DNA of 64,000 nucleotides from Holosporales bacterium (GTDB lineage Bacteria; Pseudomonadota; Alphaproteobacteria; Holosporales; CAZGKG01): NCBI GenBank assembly GCA_044361745.1, contig JBIKIF010000008.1, positions 133 to 64,132 of the forward strand, read 5' to 3'. Shown piece by piece: positions 56,187 to 64,000 of this stretch (position 1 is its first letter; each line of letters starts with the position of its first letter). The notes under the pieces were generated by a model. It saw only the letters and a program-made list of their open reading frames with translations, ran no database searches and was not told where the DNA came from. The position numbers and the translations under genes were made by a program.

Positions 56187-57317
56187 CTATAGAGTTTTTT
56201 GAGAAGCCTCAAGCGTACAAGTCTTTGGGGGAGTCCCATGGGAGGACACCAGGAGAACTTTAAAAAGAGATCCCATCTGGAGAGGGTGGGTCAGTCTTAA
56301 ATAGGCGGCCTCCAGCACGGCCCTCTGAGACCGAGATGCTTTCTTCTGAAGGGCCTCAAGGCGCAGACGGATTCCGTTGTTTTCCAAAAAATCTTTCTGA
56401 GAAAAAGGGCCTGCTGTTTGAAGCCCTGGTGTCTGGTCAGCGATCTCTTTAAGATTTGCAAAATCCACATGGGCTGACAGATCTGTTTCCCCTGGGAAAT
56501 CCATGGGATGGGAAGCTTTTCCCTCTCTGATTCCTGCCCAAGAGTCTCCTGAAACGCCTCCTTCAAATCCGTAATCTATTAGAAACAGAAGACCCCCTTT
56601 CTGGGCCAGAAGCTGACAGAGCTCTCCCATCACAGTCTCCCGCACAAGACTGGTTTCTCGAACGCGAGATCCCTCCGTCTCCGGTGACCAGACGAAGCGA
56701 CCTCCGTCGTCTTCAGTCCAAATAATGCGTCTTTCGCGCCAAGAATTTCCCTCAAGAACCCACTGCTGAACAGGAAGAGCGTCAAAAAATTCATTCGCAA
56801 TTACAAACACAGGGCCGGGTTGAGAGAGGACCCGCTCAGTCATTTCTGAGACTGTTTCCGCCCAGGCAAGGGATCTGGTGCGCCCGCCCAGGGCTTGGTT
56901 TTGAAGGGCCTGCAATTTGGGATGAATCTCCACCAATGTGGTTTCCGCAGCTTGATTAAACGAAGGACGCAAGCGCCCTACCCGAAGAATATCGGACAAT
57001 AAGGTTCCCCGCCCAGGCCCTAGCTCTACCAGAGAAAACACGTCTGGAGCCCCAAAGGACTCCCATTCAGCCACCAGCACGGCACCCAGTATTTCTCCAA
57101 ACAGGGGGCTGACTTCGGGTGCCGTCACAAAATCACCCTGGCTTCCCAGAACTTCTTGACGGCGATAATATCCGTAGACAGGGTGGGTGAGAGCGAGCGT
57201 ATGGAAATGTTCCACAGACAGAGAACCTGTTCTCCGGCTCTCTTCCCGTAAAAAATCTGTGAACGCCTTAGTTTCTGGAGACATCTCAAGCACCCCTTTC
57301 GTACGCTTGCCCCTCAC
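56187..57317 (-). CDS. SAM-dependent methyltransferase, NDUFAF7/MidA (DUF185) family
   Basis: 'HPVYGYYRRQEVLGSQGDFVTAPEVSPLFGEILG' and 'LVELGPGRGTLLSDIL'. GTG 57317 forms a GTGA overlap with the ctaG stop. ATG 57284 is an alternative start. Confidence 0.85.
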   Translation of the reverse strand: MRGKRTKGVLEMSPETKAFTDFLREESRRTGSLSVEHFHTLALTHPVYGYYRRQEVLGSQGDFVTAPEVSPLFGEILGAVLVAEWESFGAPDVFSLVELGPGRGTLLSDILRVGRLRPSFNQAAETTLVEIHPKLQALQNQALGGRTRSLAWAETVSEMTERVLSQPGPVFVIANEFFDALPVQQWVLEGNSWRERRIIWTEDDGGRFVWSPETEGSRVRETSLVRETVMGELCQLLAQKGGLLFLIDYGFEGGVSGDSWAGIREGKASHPMDFPGETDLSAHVDFANLKEIADQTPGLQTAGPFSQKDFLENNGIRLRLEALQKKASRSQRAVLEAAYLRLTHPLQMGSLFKVLLVSSHGTPPKTCTLEASQKTL

Positions 57318-57847
57318 AAAACCGACCCCTTCAAAGGAAAAAACGTATAGGACAGGGTAATGGTTGAGACATCCTTCATAGAGGGATCGTCTGCGAACGC
57401 CGGATCAATGAAAAATTGAACAGGAAGATCGGTGTGCAGGCCTGCCTCCATCTGTTGTTGTTCAAAACAAAAACAGCTGACTTTATTGAAATAAGCCCCT
57501 GCTTTTTCTGGGGTGACATTGTATGTTGCCATTCCCCAAAGAGGCTTAGACGAGCGATTCTTCACCTCATAAAAGGCAAGGCCCAGGGCGCCCACCTGAA
57601 GTGTCATTTCTTTCTGGCACGTTTTGAAGGTCCAAGGGAGCCCAGGATTGACGTCCGCATTAAAGCGAATCTTTAAAACCCGATCTGTCAGCCGTCTAGG
57701 GAAGTCGACTGCCACTTGAGGGGTTCCGCCAAAGCCTGTTTTTTGGCAAAAAATTCGGTACAAGGGCACAGAAGCGTAAGCCAAGCCCAGCATCAGAATG
57801 GCAACGCCTCCAAGAAGAATGCCCGCCCTATCAGGGGTTTGAGCCAT
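57314..57847 (-). CDS. ctaG: Cytochrome c oxidase assembly protein CtaG/Cox11
   Basis: 'ASVPLYRIFCQKTGFGGT' and the copper motif 'CFCFEQQ'. Confidence 0.92.
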   Translation of the reverse strand: MAQTPDRAGILLGGVAILMLGLAYASVPLYRIFCQKTGFGGTPQVAVDFPRRLTDRVLKIRFNADVNPGLPWTFKTCQKEMTLQVGALGLAFYEVKNRSSKPLWGMATYNVTPEKAGAYFNKVSCFCFEQQQMEAGLHTDLPVQFFIDPAFADDPSMKDVSTITLSYTFFPLKGSVL

Positions 57848-58030
57848 TTACGCCAAATCTTCTGGAGCTGGATAAGTGCGGGGAGGAGTCTCCTGCTTCA
57901 GATCGCCTCGACGGCCGCACCCTCCCAGAACCATCAAGGAACACATCAAAATAACCCCCCAGAATCGGCAGAAACCACGGGCGGAAAGCTCGGAAAAAAA
58001 GAGTCTAAAATCTCTGGTCGTTTGGTTCAT
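57848..58030 (-). CDS. Small lipoprotein, LptM/YifL-like (candidate)
   Basis: Lipobox 'VLGGC' is followed by 'GRRGDLKQETPP', resembling the CG(x)KGPL motif of small LptM-type lipoproteins. Its stop abuts the ctaG start codon. Confidence 0.4.
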   Translation of the reverse strand: MNQTTRDFRLFFSELSARGFCRFWGVILMCSLMVLGGCGRRGDLKQETPPRTYPAPEDLA

Positions 58031-58079
58031 TTCACTTTACAATAGAAGAAAGTTATTTTTCAGATACGGCGGGCTCAGG

Positions 58080-58739
58080 ATGTCAAAAAAATACCAAATT
58101 CTCAAGAGGTTTCTTAAAATTTCGGGTCTTCTTTCGGGTCTTCTTTTGGTTCTGATGGTGGGAGCTCCTGCTTCGTCCCATGGGATGTTTGATTGGTTTT
58201 TTTCTTTGTTTTCGAGCTCATCCAAAGCGGCTTCTTTAACAAGCTTGAAAATTGCTCTTTACGATGGCAACAAACTCGACCAACGGCAACCTGATGCCGA
58301 AATTGAAATGGGGTCCATTCAGAAGCCAACGGTCCTTGTGCTTTGGACTCTTGGCTGTGGTCCATGTTTGAAAGAATTGGCCCTTTTAAACAAGCTTGCG
58401 AAACAGATTCGAGACTCTGGCGGTGAGGTTGTCTCTGTCTTGCTCGCTCCAGATTGGGCGCCTGCTGTTTCTTTTTTAGCTAAAGCAGGCAGAAGGTGGA
58501 ATGAAGTCTTTGGGAATTTACCGACCTATTATGATCGCCATGGACACATCCAGAAGGCGCTCGATGTGCGTGCAGCCCCTATGATAGTGTTTTTGGACGC
58601 GTCCGGAGCTGTCTTAGAGTCTCAGACCGGGAGCTATCCATGGACCTTTGAAGAAATTCAAGAAAAGCTCAAAATGAGCAAAGCCAACCCAAAAGACATG
58701 GGTCCAAATCCAGTGCCAACCCCTTCATCCGCGGGGTGA
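58080..58739 (+). CDS. TlpA/ResA-family periplasmic thiol:disulfide oxidoreductase
   Basis: Track ORF 57876..58739. ATG 58080 gives the signal anchor 'ISGLLSGLLLVLMVGAPASS'. Thioredoxin-fold motif 'VLVLWTLGCGPCLKELALLNKL'. Confidence 0.8.
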   Translation: MSKKYQILKRFLKISGLLSGLLLVLMVGAPASSHGMFDWFFSLFSSSSKAASLTSLKIALYDGNKLDQRQPDAEIEMGSIQKPTVLVLWTLGCGPCLKELALLNKLAKQIRDSGGEVVSVLLAPDWAPAVSFLAKAGRRWNEVFGNLPTYYDRHGHIQKALDVRAAPMIVFLDASGAVLESQTGSYPWTFEEIQEKLKMSKANPKDMGPNPVPTPSSAG

Positions 58740-58746
58740 TGGCCCG

Positions 58747-59943
58747 GTGACTCTGGAGCGGGTGCTCCCCTCCTCTTTCTCCTCAGGGTCTCAAAGGGAC
58801 ACCATTTCTCTGATTCAGGCTCTTGTTTCTTGTCGCAGTATCACTCCGAACCCTGGGAATTCCTACGCTTTATTAGAGGCCATTCTGAGGCCTTTGGGCT
58901 TTTCTTGCACCCAAGTACGCTTTGGAGACGTCACCAATTTTTATGCCCGCCTTGGGCAGACCGAACCCCATTTGTGCTTTGCGGGACACGTGGATGTGGT
59001 CCCCCCGGGAGATGAAGCCGCATGGACCTACGATCCTTTCGGTGGAACGATTGCGGATGAAAGTATCTGGGGACGGGGGGTCGCCGATATGCTGGGAGGG
59101 ATTGCTTGTTTTGTGTCGGCGACCCAAAGGCTTTTGAAAACTGCGCCTTCCCCCTTTGGCTCCCTGAGTTTTTTGCTCACGAGCGATGAGGAAGGCCCCG
59201 CAACCCATGGGCTTCAAAAAATGGTTCCTTGGCTCCAAGACCGGGGCGAAATTCCGGGTTGTTTTTTGGTCGGCGAACCCACCGGGCCTGTGGGAGAACT
59301 TATCAAAATTGGCAGGCGTGGAAGCCTCACGGGAACACTCCAATGTTACGGAACCCAGGGGCATATCGCTTACCCAGAAAAAGCAGATAACCCAATCCCC
59401 CGGTTGGTGCGGTGCGTTCAAGAGCTCATCCAGGTTCCCCTTGATTGGGCTCCTTGTCCTGACTTTCCCCCATCTCACTTGGAAATTACCTCTATCGATG
59501 TGGGGAATTCGGTCACCAACGTCATTCCGGCCACTGCTTCTGCCCGCTTTGGGGTTCGTTTTAATCCCCTCCACACAGGGGCTCGTCTACAGGACACCCT
59601 CCAAACCCTTTGTGATCTCCATGCAGGCCCTCATACCTTAGATCTCACCATTCATGGCGAGCCATTTCTGACCCAGGACACCCCTTGGATCGAAACCGTC
59701 ATAGGTGCGATGAAATCTGTCACAGGAAAAGTCCCCAGAAAAGACACAGGAGGAGGGACAAGCGATGGACGCTTTCTCATCCAACTGGCACCTGTGATTG
59801 AATGTGGCCTTCCGAACACAACCATCCATCAAATTGATGAGCATGTTTCTTTAAAAGACCTGGCTCTGCTAGAATCTCTCTATGAAGCTCTTTTAAAAGA
59901 AATCTATTCTTCAAAAAATTTGAAAAAGAAGATACTCTCTTGA
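58747..59943 (+). CDS. dapE: Succinyl-diaminopimelate desuccinylase
   Basis: M20 peptidase motifs 'LCFAGHVDVVPPGD', 'WGRGVADMLGG' and 'SDEEG'. Confidence 0.9.
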   Translation: MTLERVLPSSFSSGSQRDTISLIQALVSCRSITPNPGNSYALLEAILRPLGFSCTQVRFGDVTNFYARLGQTEPHLCFAGHVDVVPPGDEAAWTYDPFGGTIADESIWGRGVADMLGGIACFVSATQRLLKTAPSPFGSLSFLLTSDEEGPATHGLQKMVPWLQDRGEIPGCFLVGEPTGPVGELIKIGRRGSLTGTLQCYGTQGHIAYPEKADNPIPRLVRCVQELIQVPLDWAPCPDFPPSHLEITSIDVGNSVTNVIPATASARFGVRFNPLHTGARLQDTLQTLCDLHAGPHTLDLTIHGEPFLTQDTPWIETVIGAMKSVTGKVPRKDTGGGTSDGRFLIQLAPVIECGLPNTTIHQIDEHVSLKDLALLESLYEALLKEIYSSKNLKKKILS

Positions 59944-59990
59944 CAGAAACCATGGCCTCAGGCGATGGTTATGGGACTCAGCAGTTGCTG

Positions 59991-60067
59991 GGGGGTGTAG
60001 CTCAGTTGGTTAGAGTGTCGGCTTGTCACGCCGAAGGTCGCGGGTTCGAGTCCCGTCATCCCCGCCA
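59991..60067 (+). tRNA. tRNA-Asp (anticodon GTC)
   Basis: Hand-folded. Acceptor stem is GGGGGTG/CATCCCC, anticodon stem is TCGGC/GCCGA with loop TTGTCAC, the T-arm is GCGGGTTCGAGTCCCGT, the discriminator is G, and CCA is encoded. Confidence 0.92.
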
Positions 60068-60347
60068 TTTTTAAGTGCTCCTTATTTTTCTTTTGAACCT
60101 TGATGATGAATTGGACAGGATTTGACCCCAGAGCCTTTCAATGAGATCATTAGTCAAGTTAATGAATGACAGAAAAAAATGATTGAGTTTTTTTATTGAT
60201 TTTTTTTGTTCAGGTTTTGAAAAATATTTTTGAATTAAAGCTTGTTGATTGATGATCATTTAGATTACGTTTGTTAGGAGGCTGGAAAAAGCTCTCTTTT
60301 GATACAATAAACGGGGCATCAAAACGACTGTCCCAAAGAGGACAGGG

Positions 60348-61610
60348 ATGAACGCAGTTTCCAATCTGAAAGAAATGGCTTTGGTTGTCACAGCTGCCCT
60401 TGGGGGTGGGTTGTTGCTTGAGCGTTTTCGTCAGCCAGCCATTTTGGGCTATATTTTGGCAGGAATCCTTTTAGGCCCGTCGGGACTTGAGCTTCTGACA
60501 GACACCTCAACCATTCACTATTTTGCAGACCTTGGTGTCTTAATGGTTCTGTTTCTTGTGGGGATGAACCTTAATCTCAGAGAATTTAAAAAATCCATCA
60601 TTGTCTCCATTAGCACAGCTCTTTTACAAATTCTGATGGGTCTTTTAATCGCTTTTACTATGGCTGTTTTTTTTGACTGGCCTGCCCCTCTTGCGATCTT
60701 GCTTGGCTTTCTTCTGGCCCTCAGCAGTACGGCGGTTGTGGTCAAAATTTTGGAAAATGGGGACTCCCTCAATACAGAGGGCGGGCGCCTGACCATAGGT
60801 ATTTTGATCGCTCAAGATCTTGCCATTGTCCCGATGATTCTCGTACTCAAGGGGGCAGGAACCTCCATCAATTGGGTGATGCTCCTGGCAAAAATTATTT
60901 TCACTCTGAGCCTGCTTTCTTTGCTCGTCTGGTTTCTGAGTCGTAAAAGGAAAGTCCAACTTTTGTTACCTTTCCCAGCGGATCACCCTGAACTTCCGTC
61001 TCTCGTCGGCATTGCCTTTTGTTTTGGGTTTGCAGCTCTTTCTGGCTTTTTAGGGCTCTCAGTTGCGTACGGGGCATTTATTGCTGGTCTTATTCTGGGG
61101 AACAGTCGAGAGCACACCATCATGCTGCAAGTGATGACGCCCATTTACAGTATTCTTGTGATGGCTTTCTTTCTGTCTATTGGTCTGCTGATGGACGTTC
61201 CTTTTATCATCCGTCATTTCTGGAGTGTTCTGACGCTTCTGACTGCCCTCATTTTGGGGAAGACGTTGATCAATGTGGGCATTTTGCGCCTGTTGCGTCA
61301 AAGCTGGCCTGCCACCATTTTATCTGCTGTGATCCTCTCACAGATTGGAGAGTTTTCCTTTCTTCTGCTTTCCTTGGGGGCGGAGCTCAAAATCCTCAGC
61401 CGATATCAGCAACAGCTCCTTATGACACTCACGGCCTTGTCCTTGGCGATTACACCGCTTTGGCTTGCAATTTCTCGTAGGCTTCATCGGTATCATCTTG
61501 AACGTCATGCGGATTTTGCAACCACACTGTCTGTTTACAAGGCGCTTTTGAAAAGTCTTTTTAAAGCTCCCTTTTTTTCGAGGCGCAAAAAAATGGGCAG
61601 ATCAAAATAA
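60348..61610 (+). CDS. Cation:proton antiporter (CPA2/Kef-type membrane domain only)
   Basis: 'FRQPAILGYILAGILLGPSGLELL', with about 12 TM segments. No C-terminal RCK/TrkA-N domain. Confidence 0.85.
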   Translation: MNAVSNLKEMALVVTAALGGGLLLERFRQPAILGYILAGILLGPSGLELLTDTSTIHYFADLGVLMVLFLVGMNLNLREFKKSIIVSISTALLQILMGLLIAFTMAVFFDWPAPLAILLGFLLALSSTAVVVKILENGDSLNTEGGRLTIGILIAQDLAIVPMILVLKGAGTSINWVMLLAKIIFTLSLLSLLVWFLSRKRKVQLLLPFPADHPELPSLVGIAFCFGFAALSGFLGLSVAYGAFIAGLILGNSREHTIMLQVMTPIYSILVMAFFLSIGLLMDVPFIIRHFWSVLTLLTALILGKTLINVGILRLLRQSWPATILSAVILSQIGEFSFLLLSLGAELKILSRYQQQLLMTLTALSLAITPLWLAISRRLHRYHLERHADFATTLSVYKALLKSLFKAPFFSRRKKMGRSK

Positions 61611-61617
61611 TACCAAT

Positions 61618-61645
61618 TCAACGCGACGAAAAAACGTCGCGTTGA
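61618..61645 (+). terminator. Stable hairpin directly downstream of the antiporter gene (possible terminator)
   Basis: TCAACGCGACG (61618-61628) pairs with CGTCGCGTTGA (61635-61645), with loop AAAAAA. The 11-bp stem is perfect but no U-tract follows. Confidence 0.4.
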
Positions 61646-61910
61646 CTCTCAAAACGCCTAAAGCGTCACCTCTGAAGGTTGCAGGAAGTTTTGAGGCGGG
61701 CCTGTCTCTTGCTCGGTTCATTGGGGCGTGTTCCGATCTCTCTGGCCAAAACACCGGACAGAAATGGGAAATGACACACGTCACACCAATGGATGGCAAG
61801 AGAGTTGCGTTATCCTGATTGGATGGACGGCTTCAAAATTTATTCTAGTTGCAGGTGGAATTCTTTACCTTTTTTTTGTATTATGGTTCAGATCTACTAA
61901 GGAGATACGT

Positions 61911-62402
61911 ATGGTGCGTCGTTTATATGTTATTGTTGCTCTCGGTGCTGCGTCTTTGAATCTGAGTGGCTGTGCGCCCAAATTGGGTGCAGGTCAGTAC
62001 TCCGTCTCAGATGTGAAGGGGGGCATGAGCAATGTTCACTACGGGACTATTGTCTCCAAGAATACCGTTCAGATTAACACAAAAGAAGCTGGAGATGAGT
62101 CTAGACCAGGAACGGGTGCTGTGATGGGGGCGGTTGCCGGTGGGGCTCTCGGTTCTCAGATCGGTGGTGGTCGTGCACGGTACGCGACAGGTGCTTTAGG
62201 AGCGTTGGCTGCAGGTGTGGCTGGCCATTTCGTTGAAGAGTATATGACAACCGCAGAGGGCTTTTCTTATCAGATTAAGCTGGACAGAGGAGGTCTTGTC
62301 AATGTGACGCAAGGAACGGATCCCGTTCTGTCTGTTGGTCAGAGGGTTTCTGTGGTCGAGCCCACCTCTGGACGTGGCCGTGCGCGCGTTGTGCCTGCCT
62401 AA
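61911..62402 (+). CDS. Glycine-zipper outer-membrane lipoprotein (SlyB/PCP, 17-kDa-antigen-like)
   Basis: Track ORF 61728..62402. AAGGAG lies upstream of ATG 61911. Lipobox 'LNLSGC' and glycine zipper 'GAVMGAVAGGALGSQIGGG..GALGALAAGVAG'. Confidence 0.8.
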   Translation: MVRRLYVIVALGAASLNLSGCAPKLGAGQYSVSDVKGGMSNVHYGTIVSKNTVQINTKEAGDESRPGTGAVMGAVAGGALGSQIGGGRARYATGALGALAAGVAGHFVEEYMTTAEGFSYQIKLDRGGLVNVTQGTDPVLSVGQRVSVVEPTSGRGRARVVPA

Positions 62403-62433
62403 AATCTTTCAGTTGATTGAGAATACCGACTAA

Positions 62434-62457
62434 AAAGGAGGCTTTCGGGCCTCCTTT
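62434..62457 (+). terminator. Intrinsic terminator after the lipoprotein gene
   Basis: AAAGGAGGC (62434-62442) pairs with GCCTCCTTT (62449-62457), with loop TTTCGG and a T-rich 3' side. Confidence 0.6.
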
Positions 62458-62486
62458 CCAGGCGTAACCGTTTCAGGGGGGCCTTC

Positions 62487-63056
62487 GTGCAGACTTTTTT
62501 TGCTTCTACCCATCCCAAAATCGCTGTTCTGTGTAGTAGCTCTCCTCCGAGACGGTCTTGTTACGTGGAAGATGCAGAGCTTTTGGGTTCTTATTTAGCG
62601 GCAGCACCATTTTCCCTTCTGTATGGGGGGGGTGCACAAGGGCTTATGGGGCGTGTGGCTCAGAGTGCTCTCGACTTGGGGGGGGAGGTGTTTGCGGTCA
62701 CCACCAGGTTTGAGTTGTCTCAGAATGAATCCCACCTTCCTGTGACGGGATTAGCTTTGGTGGATTCTAATAGCGAGCGTAATCAGCGTCTGTTTGAAGA
62801 AGCGGCAGGCTTTGTTGTGATGCCTGGGGGATGGGGGACTCTCTACGAACTCTCCAATCTTCTGAATGACAAGCAGGTGGGCCTTCTGTCAAAGCCCCTT
62901 ATCTTACTTAACACCGCCGGTTTTTGGGATCGCTTGATTCCCCTCATGGTGCATATGCAGGCAGAAGGCTTTCTGCTCCCCGAAAAAATGGATCTTTTCC
63001 AAATAGTTGAAGGTCCTCAAGAGGCTGTTCATTTATTGGGGAAATTTCTGCGTTAA
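62487..63056 (+). CDS. LOG family protein (TIGR00730-type nucleotide phosphoribohydrolase)
   Basis: 'YGGGAQGLMGRVA' and 'PGGWGTLYEL' (PGGxGTxxE motif). Confidence 0.85.
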   Translation: MQTFFASTHPKIAVLCSSSPPRRSCYVEDAELLGSYLAAAPFSLLYGGGAQGLMGRVAQSALDLGGEVFAVTTRFELSQNESHLPVTGLALVDSNSERNQRLFEEAAGFVVMPGGWGTLYELSNLLNDKQVGLLSKPLILLNTAGFWDRLIPLMVHMQAEGFLLPEKMDLFQIVEGPQEAVHLLGKFLR

Positions 63057-63413
63057 GAGAAAATCCCATTCTTCAAGATGATGCCTCAGTTTGAGAGCAA
63101 AAACTATTTGATTTGAGGCAGACGCTTCTCAAGGAATCACTGAGGGGCTGGTTATAGCAAATTATATCAAATGATCACGTCCACGCCAACGCCGGCTGTC
63201 ATAGGTCGGACCCTTATCTCTCGATGCCTCTCAACAACAGAGTTGATGACATTGCACCACCAAAATTGTGATCAAATGATTTAAGCTGAGCCATATGGCA
63301 AAGACCTCTGGCCTTGAGACACAATAAATCTTAATCTTCCAGCACATTTTAAAATTAAAAATTAAACAAAATTAGCAATTATTTATAAATAACAAAATTT
63401 TTATATATTTTTT

Positions 63414-63965
63414 TTGGATTTGAATTTTTATGTGTTAAAAATTCATAAAATAAAATATGGAGTTTTTTTAGTGTTACGTTCATTATTATTGTTTTCTATT
63501 GCCGTTCAAATTTTCAGCTTCGATACCTGGGGAGGAAAGAGAGAATGCTCAGAGAGTGACGCTCAAGCTGGGGAAAATACCCAATTTATATCATCAGCAA
63601 GTGCTCCTCCCTATTTACAAAATAATTCACTGGAGTTAATTGCAGTTGCGCCCGGTGGTGAGAGCTTGGCTCATACGGACATCTCTCTTCAGCCTCCTTC
63701 CTACAAAGACAATAAGAAATTTTTTCAAGGGGCTCGTCTTGCAATGGTGAAGCAACCAGAACGTGCAAGATTTCTTTATTGTGGCGGGCAAAAGGCTGCA
63801 TTAAGATACACAACACAAGAAATAGATGATTTATCGAAAAAAATCTTGGGTTACCAAACACAAATCCAAGAAACTAAAAAAAAATTAAAAGAAAACGAAG
63901 ATCAGTTGGCTCATTTGAGCCGGTCAGTGGATAGCCAAAATTTATCTTCTCTCAAGAGTTGCTGA
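63414..63965 (+). CDS. Hypothetical secreted/membrane-anchored protein with C-terminal coiled coil
   Basis: Low-GC ORF behind a very AT-rich upstream region. Hydrophobic N-terminus 'LRSLLLFSIAVQIFS', with GTG 63471 after GGAG as a possible true start. Heptad-like C-terminus 'IDDLSKKILGYQTQIQETKKKLKENEDQLAHL'. No family recognised. Confidence 0.45.
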   Translation: MDLNFYVLKIHKIKYGVFLVLRSLLLFSIAVQIFSFDTWGGKRECSESDAQAGENTQFISSASAPPYLQNNSLELIAVAPGGESLAHTDISLQPPSYKDNKKFFQGARLAMVKQPERARFLYCGGQKAALRYTTQEIDDLSKKILGYQTQIQETKKKLKENEDQLAHLSRSVDSQNLSSLKSC

Positions 63966-64000
63966 ACGGTGTGATAAATTGTCGCTCGACACCGCCTCCA

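Noticed and set aside
59991..60347. tRNA-Asp followed by 280 bp of AT-rich DNA, considered as a possible genomic-island integration site. The same idea was considered for the tRNA-Leu and tRNA-Met loci.
   Set aside because: I see no integrase, no direct repeat of the tRNA 3' end and no mobile-element genes downstream. The neighbouring genes are ordinary housekeeping genes.
61728..61910. Upstream in-frame extension of the SlyB-like lipoprotein ORF, which would add a hydrophobic segment (FILVAGGILYLFFVLWF).
   Set aside because: AAGGAG directly precedes ATG 61911, which yields a canonical lipoprotein signal peptide. A TM segment ahead of a lipobox signal is implausible.

Overview
This 64-kb window looks like a chromosomal segment of an alphaproteobacterium. 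The supporting markers are a Ros/MucR regulator, a DnaA-box cluster next to hemE, HemJ, CyaY, Cox11/CtaG, CtaB, Coq7 and NDUFAF5/NDUFAF7-like methyltransferases. The strongly AT-rich intergenic regions, gene remnants and broken operon synteny suggest a host-associated, rearranged genome, but that is inference. I had no search tools, so every call rests on motif recognition in the supplied translations and on reading the DNA. About 60 CDS are supported, most of them housekeeping, together with 3 tRNAs (Leu-TAG, Met/Ile2-CAT, Asp-GTC) and several intrinsic terminators. I saw no CRISPR array, transposase or integrase. Main findings: (1) An isolated contractile sheath-tube module lies at 42.0-44.7 kb. 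The type VI secretion system (T6SS) sheath subunits TssB (VipA) and TssC (VipB) are encoded as one 662/663-aa fused polypeptide. A divergent Hcp-like tube gene follows it, and no other T6SS core gene is visible anywhere in the window. (2) A putative chromosomal replication origin sits at 13.9-14.1 kb, upstream of hemE. It has seven DnaA-box-like 9-mers, two of them perfect TTATCCACA, and the flanking genes diverge from it. (3) A 50-aa secreted, highly acidic peptide gene is missing from the ORF track and lies next to the sheath-tube pair. (4) A MotA/ExbB-like channel protein has a long coiled-coil tail and no canonical partner gene. (5) A gene-decay zone at 54.4-55.4 kb holds a PpiD-like fragment and a UbiG-like fragment with an in-frame stop. 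(6) The MucR homologue has lost two of its four zinc ligands. (7) The polyamine ABC importer genes are split and incomplete.
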